DNA of 64,000 nucleotides from Thermoanaerobaculia bacterium (GTDB lineage Bacteria; Acidobacteriota; Thermoanaerobaculia; Gp7-AA8): NCBI GenBank assembly GCA_035688915.1, contig DASSMK010000346.1, positions 25,389 to 89,388 of the forward strand, read 5' to 3'. Shown piece by piece: positions 19,132 to 26,500 of this stretch (position 1 is its first letter; each line of letters starts with the position of its first letter). The notes under the pieces were generated by a model. It saw only the letters and a program-made list of their open reading frames with translations, ran no database searches and was not told where the DNA came from. The position numbers and the translations under genes were made by a program.

Positions 19132-20018
19132 GCGCACTCCTCGAGCGTCCCGGCAGGGTCGGAGCGGCGGCTGACGAAGTCCACGCCACCAGCGCCGTCC
19201 TCGCGGAGCTCGAATGCGCTCGTCGCGTCGCACAGTCCGCGTGCGAGTTGATGGACCGAGCCCTCGTCGAGCCGAAAGATCGTGCCGGGACTCGTTCGCT
19301 CGAACATGAGCGCACGGAGCGAGAGCGTCCTACTCGCGGGTGCCACGCGTCGCCAGAAGTCGGCGGTCGCAAACGCGAACGCCGGCACGTCGATCGATGG
19401 CTTGGGTCCACGATGGAAGCGGATGCTGGGGCTCGCGGCGGTATCGACGGCGAGCACGCCGAGCTCCTGCAGCGGACAGCTCAGCGTGTCCTCCAGCACC
19501 GCAGTCGCTACGGCGCGACCTGCATCGTACGATCGGAGGAAGATCTCGACGTGCTGCGTTACGGTCGTCGCAGTGACCGTGCCGCGCGCGTCGATGGCCC
19601 GCTGATAGACCAAGTCGTAAAACCGCTGCTTCGCGACTTCGGGCTCCTGTATCTCGCTGAACCCAATTTTCCAAGCAGCAAGCGTCGCGGTTGTTGAGAT
19701 CACCCAGTGCAGCCGCCAGAGTGATGCTGTATCCGCGAGATACGGATCGCGCCCTACTTCTGGGTCGAGCAGCTGCCGTGCAAACGCGGTGAGCGCGAGC
19801 TGGCGGCCATCGTTCGTCTGCAGGAGGCCGAATGCGTGTCCCCAGAAGCGGATCGACCGGACCATGTTCTTCCCGATGCCCAGGGTCACGATCGCCGCCT
19901 CGTCATCGGAGAAGAGCGTCGGCGTCGCTGCAACGGCCTCATACAGTTTCGGCAGCCAGCCGTACCGGCATGCGAATGACTCATGCCCGGACACCACGTC
20001 GGCGACGCGCGCAGTCAT
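19122..20018 (-). CDS. DUF4007-like protein (SspB-like position)
   Basis: The N-terminal FSGHESFACRYGWLPK matches the conserved ExF..RYGW start of the DUF4007 family as I recall it. The start codon overlaps the stop of the upstream desulfurase gene. Confidence 0.6.
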   Translation of the reverse strand: MTARVADVVSGHESFACRYGWLPKLYEAVAATPTLFSDDEAAIVTLGIGKNMVRSIRFWGHAFGLLQTNDGRQLALTAFARQLLDPEVGRDPYLADTASLWRLHWVISTTATLAAWKIGFSEIQEPEVAKQRFYDLVYQRAIDARGTVTATTVTQHVEIFLRSYDAGRAVATAVLEDTLSCPLQELGVLAVDTAASPSIRFHRGPKPSIDVPAFAFATADFWRRVAPASRTLSLRALMFERTSPGTIFRLDEGSVHQLARGLCDATSAFELREDGAGGVDFVSRRSDPAGTLEECAWQ

Positions 20019-21307
20019 GCTCGACGCCCTCTAATCGCTGGTCGTCCCTGTGCACGCGTCGCGCTTGTTCGCAGTCTTCGCACTTCCTCTGCGATCCGCA
20101 CAGCAGCGATTTCGACCTCCGCGCGCGTGGTTTGTCGGCCGATACACATCCGTAGGGATCCCATCACGAGTGCACGGGGTACACCCATCGCGACAAGGAC
20201 GTGCGACGGCTCGAACGCCGCTGACGCACACGCGGATCCCGTCGAAAGCGCAAGGTCGGGCAAGCGCGCCAGGAGCACGTCTGCGTCGATGCCCTCGAAC
20301 GCCACGTTGAGGTTTCCCGCGACACGATGCTCGAGCGTGCCGTTCACGTGCATCCCGTCAACAAGCGATGCTAGGCGCTGCAGGAGGTAGTCACGATGCC
20401 CACGAATTCGCTCGGCTTCCGTAGCGCCTTCCCGGGCGAGGATCGCGCACGCCGCGCCGAAACCGACGCACAACGCGGTCGGGAGTGTCCCCGGTCGGAG
20501 GCCGCGCTCTTGACCGCCACCTGTGAACGTAGGACGCAGCTCAGGTCGTGCGGACACGCGGCAGAAGAGGGCACCAATGCCTGGCGGTCCGTACACCTTG
20601 TGTGAGGCGAGGCTGAGAAAGTCGACGCCGAGTCGCGCCGTGTCGATTGCCATTTTTCCCAGTGCTTGCGCAGCGTCCGAATGAAGGAGCACGTCAGCAG
20701 CGCGGCAAATAGTCGCGATTTCACCGAGCGGCTGCTCGACACCGGTCTCGTTGTTCACCAGCATGACGGACACGATTCGCGTCCGGTCTGTGATCGCGTC
20801 GGCGATCTCGGCCGGCTCGACGAGTCCTTCCGCGCCCACATTGACGACCGATGCGGGTGCGCCGTGGCGCTGAAGCGACGCGACCGTTTCGCGAACGCAG
20901 CTGTGTTCGATCGCGGTCGTGACGATATGTCCACGTTTCTTGGCGATCACTCCGCGCAGCGCAAGGTTCGTTGCTTCGGTGGCGCCCGATGTGAAGACGA
21001 TCTCATTCGGAGAGGCGCCGATGAGGCTCGCGATCTCTGCGCGCGCGGCTTCAATGGCCTCACTCGCCGCGCGTCCCGCCGCGTGCGTGTGCGAGTGCGG
21101 ATTGCCGACGTGATCGCGCAGCCACGGAAGCATCGCATCGATGACCCGCGGATCGGTGGGGGTCGTCGCGTGATAGTCGAGATAGATCGGGTGATCCACT
21201 CGCAGACTCGCGGCGGTGGAAGCATTCGGGTTCGACAGGCGGTGGAAGGCCTGAACTGAGCGCGGAGGCATTGCTCGTGCAAACGTCGGTTCGTCGGTCC
21301 GGGACAC
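20015..21307 (-). CDS. cysteine desulfurase (class V PLP aminotransferase; IscS/NifS/DndA/SspA-like)
   Basis: HPIYLDYHATTPTDPRV, the PLP-lysine motif SLASHKVYGPPGIGALF and the active-site STGSACASAAFEPSHVL. The true start may be Met13 (21271). Confidence 0.85.
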   Translation of the reverse strand: MSRTDEPTFARAMPPRSVQAFHRLSNPNASTAASLRVDHPIYLDYHATTPTDPRVIDAMLPWLRDHVGNPHSHTHAAGRAASEAIEAARAEIASLIGASPNEIVFTSGATEATNLALRGVIAKKRGHIVTTAIEHSCVRETVASLQRHGAPASVVNVGAEGLVEPAEIADAITDRTRIVSVMLVNNETGVEQPLGEIATICRAADVLLHSDAAQALGKMAIDTARLGVDFLSLASHKVYGPPGIGALFCRVSARPELRPTFTGGGQERGLRPGTLPTALCVGFGAACAILAREGATEAERIRGHRDYLLQRLASLVDGMHVNGTLEHRVAGNLNVAFEGIDADVLLARLPDLALSTGSACASAAFEPSHVLVAMGVPRALVMGSLRMCIGRQTTRAEVEIAAVRIAEEVRRLRTSATRAQGRPAIRGRRA

Positions 21308-21431
21308 GATCGAATTCTACACGGCACACCGCGCCCTGCATCGCTGAAGTACGGCATCTGCGTGCGGTCGTCATCCACCTCCACGTCTGCGTCCGCCTTA
21401 GCTCACTGCGAGCGTCCATTCGTGGGGCGGA

Positions 21432-21465
21432 AGGATAGCGGACGACTTCCACGAAACCCGCTATC
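21432..21465. promoter_or_regulatory. inverted repeat GGATAGCGG-N16-CCGCTATCC between the zinc-ribbon gene and the desulfurase gene
   Basis: Read directly. It lies in the 171-bp gap upstream of the operon start (21307). It could be a terminator of the upstream gene or an operator of the Ssp-like operon. Confidence 0.35.
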
Positions 21466-21478
21466 CGGAGTACCTCGG

Positions 21479-21811
21479 TCAGCGCTGTACCGTCGTGAGG
21501 ACGACGAACGCCACGAGTGATCCAACCACACACGCGGCAGCGAGCCGCTCGCGCCACAACCGCCGCCTCAGGCGGCCCAGATGCAGCCGGAGCGTCAGCA
21601 CCTGCTCGTGGCCCGGCCCGGTTTGCGCCCGAATCTCGTTCCAGCGGCAGTGCTTCGCGAAGCAGAAGAGGACGTGCACGGACTGTTCGCCGTCGTTGAG
21701 TGTGAGCTCGTGGAGGAAGGCCGGCTGGAGCTTGTGCCGTCCGTGCTCGACGCAGCGCGGGCAGAGCACTTCGGTCAAGCGCATCCAGTAGGTGTTGGGC
21801 AGCACGGTCAT
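21479..21811 (-). CDS. small zinc-ribbon protein (CPRC...CFAKHC), C-terminal hydrophobic tail
   Basis: Start moved to Met32 (ATGA overlap with the upstream stop). The sequence runs MTVLPNTYWMRLTEVLCPRCVEHGRH...VLFCFAKHCRWNEI...VVGSLVAFVVLT. Confidence 0.5.
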   Translation of the reverse strand: MTVLPNTYWMRLTEVLCPRCVEHGRHKLQPAFLHELTLNDGEQSVHVLFCFAKHCRWNEIRAQTGPGHEQVLTLRLHLGRLRRRLWRERLAAACVVGSLVAFVVLTTVQR

Positions 21812-22227
21812 CGCACGAGCTGGTTCACCATGCTGTAGGCGGCCGTCTGCCGGAACTCCTCCGAGACATCCTCCCCCTTCAGGAGCGAGAGGCCGCCCAG
21901 CCACTGGTAGGTGCCCGGCCCCTCGTCGTCGAAGTACGTGACGGAGCCGAACAAGCCTTGCTCCGTCTCATCGACGTTTGTGACGAAGCCGATGCCGTGA
22001 CCCGTCTGATGGTCGAGGATGAAGTACTCGATGTCCATGGAAATAGTGGTTACGAGGCGTGGATGCGTTCCCGGGTTGTCAAAGAGCACGGTGCGCGCGA
22101 GCGCATACGAGAGCTGGCGCGGTGGAAGTCTGTCCGCCGCCAGCATCAGATCGTGGTTCGCACCGAGTTGATCGGAACGCGGCGGAACAGGCGAAAGGGA
22201 AGCGATGGGGTTGCAGCCTCGATCCAT
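21808..22227 (-). CDS. hypothetical protein (start uncertain; possibly Met at 22038, giving 76 aa)
   Basis: ORF coupled to the downstream zinc-ribbon gene. The C-terminal segment MDIEYFILDHQTGHGIGFVTNVDETEQGLFGSVTYFDDEG looks protein-like. Confidence 0.4.
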   Translation of the reverse strand: MDRGCNPIASLSPVPPRSDQLGANHDLMLAADRLPPRQLSYALARTVLFDNPGTHPRLVTTISMDIEYFILDHQTGHGIGFVTNVDETEQGLFGSVTYFDDEGPGTYQWLGGLSLLKGEDVSEEFRQTAAYSMVNQLVR

Positions 22228-22250
22228 CGCCTCAGTTGTTCGGTCGGGTG

Positions 22251-22682
22251 CTACGCGGCGAGTGCGAGCGGCGCGGCCACAGGACTCGTCACCGGTGCGG
22301 GGTCGGCGGTCGGCGTGGCCTCGCAGGTCGCTGCGGCGGCGAGCGCCGGGTTCGGCGCGGCCTTCGCGCGGGCCTTCTGCTGCACCTCACGCACGCTCTG
22401 CGCGAGGATGACGGCCTCGTATGCGTATGGTGCCACGAGCTCGCGTGGGAAGCGCTGCTTGGGGAGCGACGTGCCTTCGACGTGCAGCCGCTGGCCCGGC
22501 AGGACGTAGCGGTCGCAGAACGTCGCGACGGTGCCGTAGGCGACGACGTGGTGCCGGCGCGACGCGGTGATACCACGCACGAGGACGGTGAACGATGCTC
22601 GTGGCGTCCCGCCACGCGTGAACGTGGTCTTGGGCCGGTCGACGACGACGCCGGTGACGCGGAGCTTCACGGGGTACGACAT
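22251..22682 (-). CDS. ssb: single-stranded DNA-binding protein (OB-fold SSB)
   Basis: KLRVTGVVVDRPKTTFTRGGTPRASFTVLV...HHVVAYGTVATFCDRYVLPGQRLHVEG follows the canonical SSB pattern. It has an Ala/Pro-rich C-terminal tail. The start was moved to Met41. Confidence 0.7.
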   Translation of the reverse strand: MSYPVKLRVTGVVVDRPKTTFTRGGTPRASFTVLVRGITASRRHHVVAYGTVATFCDRYVLPGQRLHVEGTSLPKQRFPRELVAPYAYEAVILAQSVREVQQKARAKAAPNPALAAAATCEATPTADPAPVTSPVAAPLALAA

Positions 22683-22943
22683 AGAAGAGAGGTGATGGAG
22701 TTGAGAAAGAACCGGAGCGGTGGTCGCTTCGCCTGCGCGCTCGCGCCGGCGAAGAACGGCTGCAACCGTCCATCGCTGGCGACGATCATTTCCCGATCGC
22801 ACCCGGCAATCGTCGGAATTGATCGGAGCGGGGAAGATGGAGCGAAGGAGATTGCAGGTCCGAACGCTCCCGTAGTGCTTACGCTTCGATGGCGTCGCGC
22901 GAGACCGTGTCCACGCCCCCCGTCTTCTTCCAGGTGAGCATGT

Positions 22944-23249
22944 TCACCTCCTCGGCGCGATCTCGGTGATGTACTTGCGCTCGCCGTCCTTCTCGTAGGC
23001 GCGGTTGAGGATCGTGCCCTCTACGTAGACGCCCTGGCCCTTGCCAAGGTACTTGGCGCAAATCTCGCCGAGCGTGCCCCAGGCGACGATGCGATGGTAG
23101 TCCGTAACGTCCTTCCGCACGCCGTCCGACGTGGTGTCTCGGTGGGTGGCGAGCGGGAACGTGACCCGCACGCGGCCGGTCTTGGCCTCGATCTGCTCCG
23201 GGTCGGCCGCGAGGTGTCCGACGAGGATGACTTTGTTGACGCTGCGCAT
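22944..23249 (-). CDS. ssb: single-stranded DNA-binding protein, short form (101 aa), paralog of 22251..22682
   Basis: MRSVNKVILVGHLAADPEQIEAKTGRVRVTFPLAT...YHRIVAWGTLGEICAKYLGKGQGVYVEGTI. The start was moved to Met86 and checked by back-translation of 23221-23249. Confidence 0.75.
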   Translation of the reverse strand: MRSVNKVILVGHLAADPEQIEAKTGRVRVTFPLATHRDTTSDGVRKDVTDYHRIVAWGTLGEICAKYLGKGQGVYVEGTILNRAYEKDGERKYITEIAPRR

Positions 23250-23568
23250 ATGCGGTGGTGGGTAAGGATTCAAAGAACGGGAGATGGTGCCCGTGCGGGC
23301 GGCCGGTTGCCGTGCAATCTCACTTCGCTCTGCAAGGATCGCCGCCGGATACGCTCCGTCATCGGAACCCGGCGGAAGTGTGCGACCACCGTGGTGCGCG
23401 CTCCGTCGGGCGGCGGCGGTCGATGACATTGGAGACATCAGGCCCTGGTGGTGCGGTGCGCAGTGGTCGTCGATGGACGACGGAAACGAATGCAGCGTCA
23501 TCATGTTTGCTCACGAAGTACCGCTTTCGCAGCCGCTCGCCGGGCCACGTGGAATCTGCAGCTTCCGC

Positions 23569-24714
23569 TCAAAGGACAAAGCGGAGCGGGCGTGCGAGAT
23601 GATCCCCTGCTCGCCGTGCGATGGAACGTCGCTGCCACGCGGCAGCCGTCACTTCGTCGGCGTTCAGAAGATCGCCGCTGAACGAATCGCTCACAGCGCG
23701 AACGAATCCTGCGTCGCAGGTGGCGATTTGCGACTCGAGGTTGAATCGCAAGCCGCAGGCATCGAGATTCGCGGATCCGACCGTGCACCACATCCCGTCC
23801 ACCGTCACCGTCTTCGCGTGGAGCATGGCGGGTCGGTACTCGAAAATGCGCACGCCATCCTGTAGCAGCTCGCCGTAGACTGCGTGGCTCGCCAAGCGCG
23901 CAACTCGGATGTTGTTGTGGGCTCCCGCTGTCAGAACGCGAACGTGTACGCCGCGCCGACTCGCCGACTGGAGCGCGGCCGCAATATCGCGCTCCGGGAT
24001 GAAGTACGCGCTACTCACGTTGACGCTATGCCGCGCGCGCGCGAGCACGTGCAGGAGCGCCAGCCTCAGTCGCTGGTGATCATGATCGGAGAGAAGCAAC
24101 TGCGCGTGAGGCAGCGACGAGGACGCGCATTGGGGAACGACCGCGCGCGCTCCTCCCACTCTGGCGCCACTCCACGCTTCGTCGATGCTCGCCGCGATCG
24201 TCTCCACGAGAGCGCCGCGGATGCGCACGGCGTTCTCGCGCCATGGCGGGTGTTCAGGCGATCCTGAAAACACGTCATCCAAGTTGAACCCGCCGATGTA
24301 CGCCTCCGTGTCGTCGATAGCGATCAGCTTCCGATGGTTCCGCTGGTTCAGGCGGAGCGCGTTTTGGACGGTCATCGGGTTGTAGGTGCGCACGCTCACA
24401 CCGGCGTCGGCGAGAAGTCGCGCGAGATCGCGGTCCATGCCACCGGTCCCGTAGTCGTCGATCAGCACGCGCACAGCAACGCCTGCACGCGCGCGGTCCG
24501 CGAAAGCGTCCGCGAAGTTCGTCGCCGTGACACCTCCGTGGAAGCGGTACACCTGCACGGCGACTGTTTCTTCAGCGCGGCGCACAGACGCGAGGAGCGC
24601 GGGGAAGTACGCGCCGCCGTCGCGGAGCAATTCCAGGTCGGTACCGTGATGGATCGGTGTCGCCGTCAGCTCGGCGAGTGCCATACAGACGGCGTGGCCG
24701 TCGAGCCGCGTCAT
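23569..24714 (-). CDS. phospholipase D-family protein with two HKD motifs (Cls/Nuc-like) and no obvious transmembrane segment
   Basis: First HKD is NHRKLIAIDD...GGFNLDD and the second is MLHAKTVTVDGMWCTVGSANLD. The start was moved to Met103 (24714). Confidence 0.7.
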   Translation of the reverse strand: MTRLDGHAVCMALAELTATPIHHGTDLELLRDGGAYFPALLASVRRAEETVAVQVYRFHGGVTATNFADAFADRARAGVAVRVLIDDYGTGGMDRDLARLLADAGVSVRTYNPMTVQNALRLNQRNHRKLIAIDDTEAYIGGFNLDDVFSGSPEHPPWRENAVRIRGALVETIAASIDEAWSGARVGGARAVVPQCASSSLPHAQLLLSDHDHQRLRLALLHVLARARHSVNVSSAYFIPERDIAAALQSASRRGVHVRVLTAGAHNNIRVARLASHAVYGELLQDGVRIFEYRPAMLHAKTVTVDGMWCTVGSANLDACGLRFNLESQIATCDAGFVRAVSDSFSGDLLNADEVTAAAWQRRSIARRAGDHLARPLRFVL

Positions 24715-24796
24715 CGTCGTTGCCTCTTCCCCGGCGCATCTTGGGCCGTCGTGTTCACGCGTGTTCCTGTTCGCCGCTTCGTCGTCGGGTCGTGCC

Positions 24797-24813
24797 GATA
24801 ATTGGGAATTATC
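24797..24813. promoter_or_regulatory. 17-bp palindrome GATAATTGGGAATTATC (site A, copy 1)
   Basis: An AT-rich perfect palindrome in GC-rich DNA, 16 nt upstream of ATG 24830 (1 nt from the alternative ATG at 24815). The identical site is at 29767-29783. Confidence 0.6.
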
Positions 24814-24829
24814 CATGACGCGCCGCAGG

Positions 24830-26500
24830 ATGGCGCTCGGCGTGCACATCGGCCACGATCGTGGCGCCGCCGTCGTAGTGGACGGTGCGCTCGCCGGCGC
24901 GCTCGCGCAGGAGCGCATCGATCGACGCAAGCACTCGCCGTCTCCCGATCTCCCGTACGGCGCGATCGATGCGCTCCTGAAGTACTTGCGGATTACGCCT
25001 GAGGAACTGCGGAGCGTCACATTCAGCTACACGAACGTACGGATCGCCGAGATCCTACCCCAACTCGAAGCTGAGTTCCGCGAGCACTACGAGCTTCCGA
25101 GGATCGCCGTGCTGGGAGTCTCGCACCATGACAGCCACGCGCTCGCGACGTTCTACACATCACCGTTCGAAGACGCGCTCGTGCTCATCGCGGACGGCTC
25201 CGGGGACATCGTGGACGATCGGCTCGAGGCCGAGAGCCTCTACCGCGCAACGCGCGCACGCGGGCTCACGGTTGTCGCGCGGCGTCTGCAGGACTTCCCG
25301 CTCACGTACCCGACCCGTCGCAACTTCTTCAACTTCGCCTACATGCACGAACTCGACCGCGCGAAGGAGGTAAGCCTCGGGCGGAAGTACGAGCAACTCA
25401 CCTACCTGCTCGGCTTCGCGCACGGCGAAGCAGGGAAGACGATGGGGCTGGCGTCGTACGGCGTGCCTATCGTTCACCGAAGGCCTTCGGTGAACGGCCT
25501 GGGATTCTCGTTGAAGATTCCCGACGTAATCGACGAGCTCGATGCGGTGCTCGCTGCCTCGGCCATCCCACACCATCGCTTCTATCGCGAGCGACGGGCC
25601 GATGTCGCTGCGACGGCCCAAGCGGTGGTGGAGGAGGTTGTGATTGACGTCCTGAACGCCGTGAACCCGACAGGCGCGACAAAGAACCTCTGCCTCGGTG
25701 GAGGGCTCTTTCTCAATTGCCTCTTGAACCACCGGATCCTGGAGCGAACGCGGTTCGAACGCATTCACGTGGTGCCCGCTGCGGGCGACGACGGTCAGGC
25801 GATCGGTGCCGCGTACCACGGCTACGTCGAGACAGTTGGGCCGCCAGCGGGAGGCGGCGTTCGCTCCCCGTACCTTGGCCTCTCCTACCGGCGCTCTGAC
25901 ATTCTGCGCGCGCTTCGGCACTTCCGCTTGCAGTACGAGGAGCTCGACGACGCGACGCTCATCGACCGTGTTGCGACCGCTATCGCGGACGGCAAGGTCG
26001 TTGGATGCTTTCGTGGGCGGTCGGAGTCGGGTCCAAGAGCGCTGTGCCATCGCAGCATCCTTGCCGACCCGCGGCCGAAACGGATGCGGGATCACCTGAA
26101 CCGCCGCGTGAAGTACCGCGAAGAGTTCCGGCCGTTCGCTCCAGTCGTCACGGCGGAGGACCAGTTGCGGTACTTCGACCTGCTGCAGGACTCACCGTAC
26201 ATGCTCCTCGCGGCGAACGTCCGCGCACGCTATCGCCGCAAGCTCGGAGCGATCACGCACGTTGACGGCACCGCACGCGTGCAAGCGGTGTCCTCCGACG
26301 ATGAGCCGTTCGTGCATGCACTGTTGCGACGGTTCGAGAACCTCACCGGGTTCCCCGTGCTCCTGAACACATCCTTCAATTTGTCGGACGAACCAATCGT
26401 CGAGTCGCCGCATGACGCCGTCTCGACGTTCTTGCGCTCGCGGATCGATCACCTGTTCATGGAGCGATTCCTCGTGACGAACAAACAGCCGCTTCGCTAA
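24830..26500 (+). CDS. carbamoyltransferase (NodU/CmcH/TobZ family)
   Basis: N-terminal MALGVHIGHDRGAAVVVDG, then ...IADGSGD...GLASYG... and C-terminal ...GRSESGPRALCHRSILADP...FRPFAPVV...VLLNTSFN. ORF-track start is 24761; ATG 24830 is preferred (alternative 24815). Confidence 0.8.
   Translation: MALGVHIGHDRGAAVVVDGALAGALAQERIDRRKHSPSPDLPYGAIDALLKYLRITPEELRSVTFSYTNVRIAEILPQLEAEFREHYELPRIAVLGVSHHDSHALATFYTSPFEDALVLIADGSGDIVDDRLEAESLYRATRARGLTVVARRLQDFPLTYPTRRNFFNFAYMHELDRAKEVSLGRKYEQLTYLLGFAHGEAGKTMGLASYGVPIVHRRPSVNGLGFSLKIPDVIDELDAVLAASAIPHHRFYRERRADVAATAQAVVEEVVIDVLNAVNPTGATKNLCLGGGLFLNCLLNHRILERTRFERIHVVPAAGDDGQAIGAAYHGYVETVGPPAGGGVRSPYLGLSYRRSDILRALRHFRLQYEELDDATLIDRVATAIADGKVVGCFRGRSESGPRALCHRSILADPRPKRMRDHLNRRVKYREEFRPFAPVVTAEDQLRYFDLLQDSPYMLLAANVRARYRRKLGAITHVDGTARVQAVSSDDEPFVHALLRRFENLTGFPVLLNTSFNLSDEPIVESPHDAVSTFLRSRIDHLFMERFLVTNKQPLR

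Noticed and set aside
24797-24813. Calling the palindrome a Fur box or LexA box
   Set aside because: Its half-sites GATAAT/ATTATC resemble the hexamers of the Fur box, but the arm spacing (N5 between hexamers, a 7-3-7 layout) differs from the 19-bp Fur consensus. No regulator gene is identified, so the factor identity is left open.
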